NCBI RefSeq assembly: GCF_018977255.1
Contig: NW_024704742.1
Location: 60,638,001-60,702,000, forward strand
Origin: Callorhinchus milii
Taxonomy: Eukaryota
Length of the DNA stretch: 64,000 nt
Direction: 5' to 3'
In this document: piece by piece, positions 52,099 to 64,000 of the stretch
How the letters are laid out: each line of letters begins with the position of its first letter
Numbering within the stretch: the first letter of the stretch is position 1
Program-made: the position numbers and the translations under genes
The notes under the pieces: generated by a model
The model's input: the letters and a program-made list of their open reading frames with translations, nothing else
Database searches by the model: none
Told to the model about the DNA's origin: nothing

Positions 52099-52847
52099 TA
52101 TTTTATAATCTATGTGGAGATGTTTTCTTTCCCTCCAATGTCACTGTTCATACAGGCATTGTTCAGAAAATCAAGACTGGTATTTATTTATTTTAAACGT
52201 TTTTGCACCTTTAATTGTGAAGTTTGACATTTCTGCTTGTAACATTTCATATCTCTCGCTTTCAGGAGAGATACCAGGAAGGTTTCTTTACACAGAGGAT
52301 AATCAGTGACTGGAACAGATTGTCAGGAAAAGTAGTACAATCCAAGACACTGGACTAATTTCAAAAGCAACTTAATGCGTGATTGGGAGGAACGACAGAA
52401 GGAGAGGTGTTCTGGAGGGATAGATCTGATGGGCTGAAGGGCTTTCTTCATCCAGATTAATCTTGTGATCTTGTGTTGTGTTTCTCTTGTTGGGGCTCTC
52501 ATTCCCAATACTCTTTTTTTCAAGAGCAAACTTTCAACAAGACTGCTTGTGTCATGAAACACCAATGCTCTCAATCTCAGCAGTACACCCATAATCCGTG
52601 ATCTCTATAACAGTAGCTGTCCAGAGGCACACACCTCATCTCCTTCTATTTGTAGGTCATGTGGTGTGAACCAGGAAGTGTACATCAGCATCCTGCCTTC
52701 ATATCACTCTTCTCCTTGAAGTGAAGCCGCTTCGCTGCCAGCAATACAAAGACTGCATGAGCCCAGTAACTGTTGACTTTGTTGGAATACCACAGGCTGC
52801 AACTAGAACATGGCGTATAAATAACACAGCTATTGTAACTTATTGTA

Positions 52848-52990
52848 ATTGCTGTGCGCAATTGGCTGCCGCGTTCGCCCACAAATATACAGTCAATTCA
52901 CTTTACAGTGTGTTCTGTGAAGCGCTTTGGGACGTCCTCCCGACGTGAAAAGCGCTATATCAAATGCAAGGATTATTATTATTATTATTA
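52848..52990 (+). mobile_element. Family A SINE, 5'-truncated very young copy
   Basis: One substitution versus the reverse complement of 26830-26972; CpGs intact. Confidence 0.95.
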
Positions 52991-54460
52991 CTTCATGCTC
53001 GGTTTGTTTTAAGAAAGCATGACCTTGGTGCGGTTCTGCTTCATTAAAAGTCAGTTATTGCAAAAATACTGATCCTTTGCACACTCTCTTTTTCGGCAGC
53101 CCTGAAGTTAGCTGTGCTGTATTTCAATCTCCAAACCAAAATAAAAGCAAATATTACCACTGCATTATCTACTAGTGCTTGGAAGTCTGTCGCTAGTTTG
53201 TACCAGGAACCACTATACAATTTCCCCTTATTGTTTCCTCAACAGACACCTTTGTGCATGTTTGGGCTATACGAGAGAATATTAAAAGGTACTCCACTTA
53301 GTTTGTAGTGGAATCCATGCATTTCTAAAGCTGAAAGGAAGGAACTGTTTAGCTTTCCATCAAGTCACGTCTGCTAAATTCACCTGTTCTTATGTTAAAC
53401 ATGAGTTATGTGACAAATGTCACTCAGCACCTTACTGTCCACAGCTGTCTGATAATGCGGGGGATAGGCAGGGGCAGTCTTTAACTAAAGACAGTGATAC
53501 TAACACGTGCAATGCTTTTTCATATGTGCCTACAAGTTGCTTACAAATGCACGGTCTCTACAATTTACAATAGATCCTGCGAAATGCTTTGAGACGTACT
53601 CCCAACACAAAAGGAGCTATATCAAATGCAAGGATTATTATCATTATAACTAGGGATAAGTGAAAACTGAAATAAGCATATGTTTCATGGGACAAAATGA
53701 TTTATGTGCTGTTGGGACCACCAGGATGGAGATATCTTGTCTGTGGAGAGAAGAAGGCCAGGGCTATGTGGAGGTGAATAAATACTGGATTTTTGTTACT
53801 ATGATTACATTTGGGCTTGGGGGAGTATCTGTGTGGTGGGTTGATGTCCATAATCGTGTTGGTATTACTTGTCCTTGATAGGAGAAGGTTTTCTCATTCT
53901 ATGCTTTATGTTCTTGACACCTAGCATCTGAAGTTGGTGTCAGTGCACAGTGAAACTCACCTAGGATCTGTGACAAATATCTATAGGCACCCAGGAGATA
54001 GCATTATAATGGAAAAATATCACTGAGCTGTTTTCCGCATGTCTATGACAAGGTTTGGTTGTGAAGAGTGAGTACACAGTCACTGTACTTTACAGTAAAT
54101 CCTGTGAAGCTCTTGAGATATTTTGATGAAGTGATAAGTAGTCGTGTCAAATGTGACTTTTCTTACATAAGTAAACACCCAACTACAGACCGAAACCAAA
54201 TGAATGAGAGTGCATGACTTCAATTTATTAGTGTGAATGGTTACCTCGTTTTCCATTTGACACTTGCTCCTTTATTATTTAACTGTACTTGGAACATCTT
54301 CACAGATAAATAGTTATTTGAAATGGCCAGGAGTATTTTAAATAGCTTATATTTCCTTATACTTTAGCTCACAAAATTAATTGCAAATGTTGCAATAAAT
54401 GCAAAGAAAGATAAGATACAGGCAGAGGATATTGTTACATATTCTGGATGTTGATTTAAA

Positions 54461-55832
54461 TTGAATGTTTACTTTATAAATTTACATATTTTATAATACA
54501 ACCTGTGTAGAAGTCTGTGAAAAATATGAATAGACAATTGATTCAAATACATTTTAACAGTATAAATTGATCCGTCCCTGCAAAACTATTTAGTTCATCT
54601 GGAGTAAGTAACCTCAAACCTGTGAAAGCCCTTGAGCGTTCTCTGTGTATTTCAGGAAATGGTTTGTAGCTACAGCTGATTTAGATCTACCAAAACATTG
54701 CATATTTTCCCATAAGCTTTTACAAATTATATTGCAACAGGGAAAAGCAAGCAATACAAATGAACCACAGTATAACTCAACAACAGTGAATGAATGCTGT
54801 GTAACTGCCTGTTAGACAATTTCTCCCAAAAAAGACCTGGATTAATATCTGGTCAGGAATAGAAAGCTCTAGGTATAAATATATATACTGTGTTAATGAG
54901 TTTTTCTCCATGACGTGTTCAAGAATCACCCAAATAAAATTGATCATTCACTTCATGACTGTTTGTGGGGCACTGCTGTGTGAAAATTAGCTGCCACGTT
55001 TGCCCACAAAAAATAATCACTCCACTTTAGAGTATATCACGTGAAGCGGTTTGAGACGTCCTTCTGACATGAAAGGTTCTATACTAAAAGTAAGGATTGC
55101 TATTATTAAATATAGACAACGGAAATGAAATACTGCTTAGAGCACTTAGAAATATTACTTGCAAAAAAACAGAAATTATCACCGATGTACACCCCACATC
55201 TTTGGCACAGTGGTTTCCTTTGTAGGAGTCTTTGAAAATTGATTTAGTTCGAAATTACATTTTGGATTAGGTCTAAGTGAGCAGGAATGCAATGCATTGC
55301 TGGGGGCTCGAAACATCATTTGCACATTGCTTTACATGATACTATCCAAGATAAAATGATATCGTATTTTTAAGATGTTCAGATTTGCCAAGATTGGGAG
55401 CATGGAGATCTTTGGGCCCAACCACTTTGCTGAAGCCAATGGGGAGTTTGAACACTCCTCTGACTTTGGGACAATGGTTGTGCATGAAGATTCCACTATT
55501 TAAGAAGAAAATTCAATCTGATGTTATGTTATGCACTTCAGTACATTTCTCCGCAGAACAAACACAATCTACTTGAACCTGTTTGTTATTGTTCGGAAAC
55601 ATGGTTTGAAGACCAGTTGGTAGGGGGAGGGGATCGGGTTAAGAATCGTGAAAGCAGTCTGCAGAAAGGTTCTGTGTAAAATCAATAGAATTGCAGGTGA
55701 AGTAAACAGTTTTGCAGGGACGGATCAATTTATGCTGTTAAAGTGTATTGAATCAATTGTCTATTCATTTTTTCACAGACTTCTACACAGGTTGTATTGT
55801 AAAATATGTAAATTTATAAAGTAAACATTCAA
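54461..55832. repeat. Long inverted repeat pair (54461-54601 and 55694-55832) enclosing ~1.1 kb
   Basis: Arms are ~141 bp with 6 substitutions and 2 single-base indels by manual alignment; a SINE 3' half lies inside at ~54930-55110. Confidence 0.9.
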
Positions 55833-56084
55833 AAACTAAACATTGTTTTTTCTCGTCTTCTTAATGCCCCAAGACACTATCCAACATGAAGGACGCTATA
55901 TAATTGCATGTTGTTGTTGTTCTTAATGTTATGGTTCTGAGGGAAGGGAATGCTGCTGATTTTGTATTAACCTCAATAAGTTAATACAAAATCCATTTAC
56001 TTGTATTGCTCCATTCAGACCCATTAAGTTGATTATTTTACTGCCATTATCGGCCTTATTATCACACTGAGCTGAATAACGAAT

Positions 56085-56510
56085 CCAGCACACTCTGGGG
56101 TCCCCAAGCCTCGGCTCTTGTCAACCTGCGCCTAATACTTTCTGGAATTATGTAAGCGGGATGTGTCCCTCCAGGGAAAGAGTGCGCATTCCATTCCAAC
56201 AATCTGTCTCTGGGATTTCCTTGTGTAGGTGAGATACATGGAATTCTCAGCTTGGTTTGAATACTCTTAAGCATGGGGATGGGTTGAGCTGGGTGAGAAG
56301 TGTCCCTGCCTCTAATGACTGATCTGCCCTTCTGCCAATGAGCCAGCCTAGCTGTGCTGTCATCAGCAGTGCTTTGGAGTACAACAGACCCGTCTGGCTC
56401 AGGAACCGGACGACTGAAACTGCCACAGAGGGTTGGCTCAATTCCATTACCAAGCATGTCACTTTGGAACCAATTCAGCTCCAAAGAGACCTCACTTACC
56501 TCCTACCCCT
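56085..56510. mobile_element. Rearranged family C copy (3' part on +, 5' part on -)
   Basis: 56085-56283 matches 12410-12606 directly; 56284-56510 is the reverse complement of 12050-12285. Confidence 0.8.
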
Positions 56511-59185
56511 TACATTAATGATAATATAAGGATTCTTATTACTATTTATTATTAATGGGTTGTCAGATTGGATTATGACTGACCTGACATGGTGCATGAA
56601 CCCACAGCCTTCTGACAAAGGCAAGATTACAACAGACAGAGCCAGGCTGACATTCATTCACGAGCTATGGCTTTAAGATTGTGAATGTGTAAGCTTGCCC
56701 ATGCAGAGTAGATTTTCTCTTACGCTGGCTACCATGGAATCTACCTTACAATATAAATGGGACAGATTTCAGAGCACTGGATCTTCAGATAAGATTGCAC
56801 AACTGTTTCTTGAAGCATTTCATCAACTGAAATGCTTGGAAGCTCTGGAGTGAATTCTTTACAATAATCAAATAGGGGTAATTATTTCCACCATGTTAAG
56901 TCTGGAATTATTTACAATTGCAAACTTGGGGAATGTACTATGGTTTGAGTAAAATAATTCCCCATAGACTACTGGGAACCTTATCAGAAGTACTCAACCT
57001 GATGCCAGCCTTTGGAATAGCCTTTTGTTTGATTACGGATATTATATGAGCAAGAAAATAGTCAGGTATTATCCAAATTAATTCCTAGGGAAACTATACA
57101 ATTACAAAATTACAATACAAAGTTACATTTGTATAGCATCTTTCACTTCAGAAGGACATCCCTTGGGCAGATAGAGCATTGATTATTTGTAAATTATTAT
57201 TTTCCCTCCTCCTATAATAGAAAAGATACAATATCTGTTGGCTTATTTAGTGTGTAACTTGCAAAAATGAAAATAAATCTGAATCTAACAAACCAGATTG
57301 CCATTTAATTTTCCCGTTAACATCCCCAGTTTGGCGTCAGGTAAAAAGAAATAAAAAAGAAAAATCCACGTCTCAGATAAAGGTGATATCTCCAGATTGA
57401 TGCATGCAGGCAGCTCGCTCGTGTGTTTGGAAACTTAACAGGACTTTGTGAAATGAACCCAGAGTTTACGATACTCGAGGAAGCAACTTAGTAGGAAGGA
57501 AGAATAAAAGACTGTGTCTGAGTGCTTACACCAACATGGATTAAAGACTGAGAGAAAGAACTTAGGAAAAAGGAGGCTGGAATCAACATGAAACTTGTGT
57601 TAATGCAACACTTATGACAACACTTATAACCTTATGGCATATTACTTATTGTAATTATTCCTTATCTTTCCTTATTCATAAATATCAGACGCCTTGAGAA
57701 TGCAATGATCATACTTGATTGATGTATTTGTCACTGATCTCAATAACCAATGAACAGCAGTGAATAGATGTTTTGTCCTTTCCTATTTGTAAAGCAGTTT
57801 TGAAAAGAAAAAGTAAAACACCTGAGATCAGAAGGGACCTTTTTGTTTATTAGCTTCAAGTAAGTGCAAGATTTATAGTTTCGCTGAGCAGTCAACAGGA
57901 AGCAAGCCAGATTGCAACGCCAGGTGCTCAACACAACAACTGAGTTGTAAGCGGGCAGCTCTGAATGACAAAGGCAAAGAATAACTGAGGTCAGGTTGAC
58001 GGAACCTGATCCTGACTTGGCAGGAGGTTCAAGATATATTAGAAGAAAGATTCAGGATAACCAGTTTTTGCAGTAGGGGCATCAAAGTGCACAAAAGAAT
58101 GTCTGATTAACAGATTTATCAACCACGAAAATCTACAATATTTGCACCAACATTTTTTGGTGTCTTGAACGAATTGCTTCTGGTTTGATCCCAGACATGC
58201 ACCATAAATCCACAGTACAAATCCAGAGATCTTATTGTACGTAATTAGTTTTAGGCATTTGCAGAACTATAAAGCCGAGACCCCATCCAGTAAATCAGTT
58301 TACGAAGGGGGAAGCAGAGTCAAGTCTGCACTAAATTTTTAACGGAGGCAAGTTTTAATTTGCAAGGTATTTTACAACTGCCTGTAAAGCGGCTGTAAAG
58401 GGTGCTGCACATTGTCAGAGCATTCAGCAGTGGATTAATTAAAGTGTACAATGGTGAGTAGCCTTTAGGACATTTGTATTGCAAGTGCCTTCTTTTTAAT
58501 TTTCATTAATGCCATTTACATTTAACAAGTCGTTGCTATTTGGCTACGAGATCTACCACGATTTCAAAGGGCAGATGTCGACATGTGACTGGAGGAAAAG
58601 AAGATAAAAGCATCAAAGATGAAAATTACAGGTCAGTTTGTATAATTAAGTTTAGCTGCGTAACGTGAAGAAACAGTGCCAGCTTGTAAAGAGAGAGTTC
58701 TTTTTTTCTGCTTGGGCTAACTGCCCCATGATCTTTGCTGATCAATAACAGATTAAGGAGATTAAGAAGGAAAGCAAAAACAACATTCCATTCAAGCCAT
58801 TCCCCAACAGATTTACATTTTAACTGGTGTTAAGTTGGATGAACGTGAAAGCATACATTATTGCACTTTAGGATGATCAGAGGAAGCTTATTAGTTTGAA
58901 GCTGCCTTTGCAAAGCCTCACAGCCAGTGTCTTGATCAGCCAATGAAGCGAAACATGTCCTAAGAGTAATACACTACTCTATCTATAAACAGGTTCCCCC
59001 CCACTAAGGTATTTTTTTTCCATTCTGGTTCGGTGTGCAAACAGAGTTAGCCACAAAAGTTTGACATTTTTCTCTCCCGGACCACAAAAATCCCTGTGCT
59101 GATGGTCACTGTTTATTTTGGCTTTGCCAGTCGATGTGGACAATAACATTGCGGGGGCTTTCTCCTCTGATACGTTGTCTCCCAG

Positions 59186-59254
59186 GCATTGCCTATCGCT
59201 GTGGGTGCTATCACTATCTTATTTATTTGTATTTTCCTTATCTCTTCATCGTAG
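59186..59254 (+). CDS. Candidate terminal exon encoding a hydrophobic C-terminus (ALPIAVGAITILFICIFLISSS*)
   Basis: Acceptor tctcctctgatacgttgtctcccag; the phase-0 frame gives a transmembrane-length hydrophobic stretch then TAG; local CpG retention. Confidence 0.25.
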   Translation, partial: ALPIAVGAITILFICIFLISSS

Positions 59255-59397
59255 TCTTCATCAAAATTCAGATAAATCGTGAGATTGCAAGTGTTTGTGT
59301 TGCATTGGTACCATTCCTCGGCAACCAACACACCACACCAGATTTTGGAATACAGGAGCTAGGACCTCTCCAGTACAGTGATGCTCAAAGACGCTCA

Positions 59398-59595
59398 GAA
59401 CAACAACAACAACAACAAATTACATTTATATAACACCTTTCACGTTGAGATGATGTCCCAAGGTGCTGGACCGTCAGGAGGTTGGACCTGGGTTGGGATT
59501 GGGATCAGGAATGCTGGAGGGCAGAGAAGGTAGGGGTAAGAGAGTGACTGAAGAGGAGGGTCTTAAGATGGGTCTTCAGGGAGGCAAGAGAGGAA
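59398..59595 (-). mobile_element. L2 LINE 3' end
   Basis: (AAC)n tail plus reverse complement of ccagcaccttgggacatcatctcaacgtgaaagg and SLKTHLKTLLF. Confidence 0.85.
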
Positions 59596-60305
59596 TAACA
59601 TGTGTCTGTATGCCAGAGTCCAACACCTAGAAGGGCACCATGATCCATTCAAACAACATTTGTTATTTTACAATAAAACACTGACTCGACTATTGCTATT
59701 CCAACCCTGGTCCTTGGAGACATCATCCTACGTTAAAAAAAATCTTCTTACTGACATATAGACAAGAAGTTATATACTAAGTCTCAGCTGCCATACCAGT
59801 AGATATAAAAGCACAAAAAAAACATTGGGACACAGCACGTAAACTCCAGTGGTAACCCTTAAACTCAGTCCACGCTTCTTCCTACCTAATAATTAAAAGG
59901 ATTTTAAAATTACTGATTCTTTACTTGATCTCACTGCCAGTTTCTCTTTATCGTTTAATAACAATAATTCTTACATTTGATATAATGCCTATCACTCAGG
60001 AGGACTTTTACAGGATTTACTCTAAAATGTAGTGTCTACATAATTTTTTGTACGTGAACAGGTACTTTTCAATTATGTTTTTTTTCTGAACTGTGTGTTT
60101 TGATTTTTCACCCAGGTTCCTCAATTTTGACTAAAAATTGTGTGTTTACATTCCTCAATTTGTTTAAGGATTGTCACATACCTCTGGATTCTGTTGATAA
60201 GAATCCTCATACTCCACTCTTATGGGGTTGTGACTGCTTTGTAATGTACTCCAGATTACACTATATTTTGTCTATAATTCTCTTCCATCTACTTGTTAGT
60301 TTATT

Positions 60306-60690
60306 GTGGAGTCCTGTAGTGTGTTGGTTAGAGCACTCGGTTCACAAATGAGAGGGGCTGGGTTTGATTCCAAGGCAGTGCGTAACATTAGGCAAGTTTC
60401 CTTACTCTACATGCCTTTGTTTACCTAGCAGTCAGTAGGAGCTCAGTTGTTAGTTGATTGGCAGATCACTGTCCAGGAGGTAATAATCCCTTCAATTTTT
60501 TAAAAATAATAATAATAATTTGGTCACTCAATCCGCGACTGTTTGTGGGATACTGCTGTGCACAATTTGTTGCCCCGTTTCACCCATAAAATATACAGTC
60601 AATTCACTTAACGGTATATTCTGGGAATCGCTTTGAGATGTCTCAAAGACGTGATAAGGAGTTATATCAAATGCAAGCATTATTATTATT
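60306..60690 (+). mobile_element. Family A SINE, full length (long subfamily)
   Basis: gtggagtcctgtagtgtgttggttagagcac head, full internal segment, Deu 3' half and (ATT)n. Confidence 0.9.
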
Positions 60691-61504
60691 CAAACAAACA
60701 TTGTTACAGACCTGCAAGTAAATATAACCAAATGAATGTTTAATTTTCACATGTTGTATGATTGTGTTTGTTGGATGTTGATGAAACCTATATCTTTTGT
60801 GTTACAGATTATATTATTCTTTATTCATTGAGCATGGTAATGAATTTGTGCGTGTGTCATGCACTCATTTGACCAAAATAAATCAATTTGAATCATCCTC
60901 TGCTATTGGATGAAAAGTAAAAATCATGATTTTGCATAAACAAGTAATTGGTATAAAATTGGGTATTTTGTGGGCAAACACAGAAACTGATTTGCACATA
61001 CCAATGTCACACAAACAGCAATGAAGCAAATGACTAATTTTATTTGGGGGAATGTTGGCCAGGACACTGGGAAAGGAAACTTTGCTCTCTGTTGAATGCA
61101 ATTCGGGGGCACAGCTGTCATTGATTGACTGATGTAGAGAATTATGAAATTATGATAAAATGTACAAATTGATCTGTGGGAAAGAGCTTTAATTAATCCC
61201 TGGATTTTTTTTATATACCTGCAAAAAACAGGTGTTCCCTTTAATACAGAACAAGGCAAACCTCTGTGCCTTATGACTGTTGGTACTGGACAGCTAATTA
61301 AATGCATTGACATCCAGCCAGAACTGTGATATTACTGCTAACTGGAAACCTTATCTGTCTCATTAGGGTAGGAAGAGCCTCAATTCTAACTAATGGGGAT
61401 CCAGGCATTCAGTGAATAAGTTAGGAAAAGTCCAGCAAATTCAGATTTAAATTTGGGTTCACATCAGGTATGCACACATCGACGCAAAAAAGTAGTTAAG
61501 CTGC

Positions 61505-61825
61505 ATGTTTATGAAAGTGATAGCATGAAGCTGTAAACCTTGCTAAATCTGCGTCGCTTTAAACCACATTTTGAAGTGAGCTTGCTACCAGCTCACCAGT
61601 TCACTGCGAGCTCAGACCATTTAAAATTCTTCATGAGGTTACATTATTCCACAAGGATAGAGCTAAAAATTAAATTCCTATCTTAACCTAGTGATGGGAT
61701 CATAGGATGCATTTTGCGGTTCTCAAAACTTTCTTTCAGTTACAAAGTGGTAGTTTATTAGCTGAGCTACACTCGAATGAAAAGCTAATGTTTTGCAAGT
61801 GTTTCATGCTTTCAATTGTAAAGTC
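61505..61825. repeat. Degenerate palindrome (~320 bp)
   Basis: tgatagcatgaa/ttcatgctttca, cttgctaaa/ttttgcaag, gtgagcttgctaccag/ttattagctgagctacac and central aggatag/ctatctt pair. Confidence 0.55.
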
Positions 61826-63182
61826 AAAGTCAAAACAGATTTTTTTCAGTTGCAATGTTAAAATTAACTTTTATAATTTTTACAAAGCGCTTGTTTGTTA
61901 GGCATGCAAACACAAAATAGTTCTGAAATTTCCCATGGAAATCAATTTCCACGCAAATTAAATAAAACAGTAAGTGTATATTGTATGGGATCCTGATATG
62001 ATGTTTAAATGCAGTGTAATCCAGTGTACATAATGTGCAGTGGCAAGATATCAATAGTGAAGGGGTCAGAGGCCTCTGTACTCTCTGACCCAAACTTTGC
62101 TTTATAGTTTGAATGCAGTAATATCTATTTGGGGGTAGCTGCACGATTTTGCTTAACCCACCACAAAGTTACTTCTTGAAAATAATTCATGGAATTGTTA
62201 CTCTTTATCAGGCTCCTTATTTCCTTCAATTTTCAGTCGGAGTAGCAAGGTACCTAACAGAAGCGTATGTGACAAAGGCAGCAAGCTTACAAATTGTACA
62301 GCCATTAACGTTTGATCCACTTCCCCATTAACATTGTAGATCATAGACCCAAGATACTATATGCTTCTGTAGCATGCACATAATATTCTGATCAAAACAG
62401 TACCTGTGTGTGTCTATTTAAACGTTCCTTCTTATTAAATGTCTAGGTATGACAAGTGTTGTAAACTTCAAAGCAAGACCTGAATATGCCTTTACTGTTG
62501 CTGAAATACCACAATAATAATGTACCTTCCTTTGCCACCTAAGAGGATTAAGAATAGGAATGCACAGTAATTCTATCACTATGTTATCACTGTTCAATTA
62601 TGGCCTCAAAAAGAATTATTTTGATGAAGAAACTGCCAAAATTGTTATATATGTTATGTATGACTTAATCTCCAAATAGAACAAGGGTGCTGGGCGAGAT
62701 TTAATAACTATTCCACGGCACCACAACAAAGCTGTCATTTAGCTTCCAACTTTCCTCTGGGCCAGTGATAACTAGCTGCTTCTACCAGTTTAACTACCTA
62801 TTTACATATCTCTTGATTCGTTGAAGCAGATTAATGATGGAATAAAGTATTGGTTCTGACCATGCTACAATTTAAAGGGAAATTAATTTGGTGCATTGCA
62901 TGTACACATACTGTCTCAATCCCTCCACCTTCCCCCACTCCTTGCCCATCATTAGAGCACATCAGAAGACCTTCCTCTTTGACCATGCCTACAGTCACCT
63001 CCACTCTCTTCCTGGCTCAGCATCATGCTCCGCCACTGGTACATGCCCCAAGATGCTATCCCCATGATTGGTGCTATACATATACTAATTGTCATTGGCC
63101 ACCCTTTCCCTTTCCCTGCCCCACAAAGGTCATTTGGAGATTGGAGCTCTGTCCCACTGAGGGCAGAATGCCTTCCAACATG

Positions 63183-63410
63183 ATATTCACAGAGAGAGTT
63201 GGGAGAATGTGGAAAACCCTGCCAAGTAGGTGGTAAAGGCAGACTGCATTGTGGGTTTTAAGAGGGAATTAGATAGATGTATAAAAGATAGAGGCTTGAA
63301 GGGATATGGGGATAGATTGGAACAGTTGGGTTGAAGCAGGACCTTGTTCTGAGAGCTCTAGTAGACTCATTGGGCTAAATAACCTCTTTCTGTGCTGTTA
63401 ATTTCTATCA
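63183..63410 (+). mobile_element. CR1 LINE 3' fragment (older)
   Basis: FTERVGRMWKTLP...FKRELDR and gggctaaataacctctttctgtgctg tail. Confidence 0.85.
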
Positions 63411-64000
63411 TTTGTGAGAATTGCCAGCTTGTTCGTGTAAAAGAACAGTTAAAGAAAATAAATTTGTCTAAATTTGATTTAATAAATTGAAAAGTTAATT
63501 AAAAAAAGTGTAATTGAAAAATTTGGAAATAAGATGAGGCACTCCAATGTCACCAACATTAATCCCAGTAGGAAGTTTTTTTTAAAAAAGTGGATACTTG
63601 TTGAAACCAAATAAAAAACACATGCAAATAGAGTGTTGTAAATAATGACAAACCAAACATGCCAGAGTGAATGTTTCTCAGTAATTGTCTGTGTTGCTAC
63701 ATTGTTGGTTAGGTTTTTCTTAGATGCGTAAATGGCTCCATTTACCTTAGTTTAACCTTTGCACACATTGTTGGAACCAGTGGCAGATATTCAGTGAACA
63801 CCTCATAAATGTAAAACCAGTTTCCTGCAATTCTTTTGCATCTTATTTTTGTGTGGCATCATCAGGAATTGCACCCGATAAGTCCTAGACAACTTCAAGG
63901 TGTTGACACTTCAAACTAATCTTTTCCCCTTTCCGTTTTCATCAATCACCAATGAAGATCAGTAAAAGGTAAATGTCTGCTGCTGCCTTATTTACAATAA

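Noticed and set aside
9..63236. Most ORFs in the supplied track, including recurring peptides such as KCKDYYYY, NWLPxSPTN and Gly/Pro-rich frames
   Set aside because: They are translations of SINE bodies and tails, or alternative and antisense frames of L2, CR1 and family C copies, not genes.

Overview
Repeat-rich vertebrate intronic or intergenic DNA with no prokaryotic features. The mix of L2 and CR1 LINEs, SacSINE1/AmnSINE1-like Deu-domain SINEs and a shark-type Penelope terminal repeat points to a cartilaginous fish, possibly a chimaera (inference). Most of the window is transposon debris. It holds 5'-truncated L2 and CR1 copies, two tRNA-headed SINE families sharing an L2-type 3' tail, and an unclassified ~600 bp poly(A)-tailed retroposon ('family C'). 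There are also a non-autonomous Helitron, a hAT MITE and a Penelope-like element carrying a decayed minimal hammerhead ribozyme. No long intact ORF exists, and nearly all ORFs in the track are transposon by-products. I found several short candidate exons on both strands but could not identify a host gene. The most striking unexplained structure is a set of unrelated long inverted repeats in otherwise unique DNA: seven degenerate 130-320 bp palindromes, one perfect 36 bp stem, and a ~141 bp, ~94% identical pair about 1.1 kb apart. Repeat boundaries were estimated by eye (about +/-20 bp), and many additional short SINE/LINE tail fragments are not listed.
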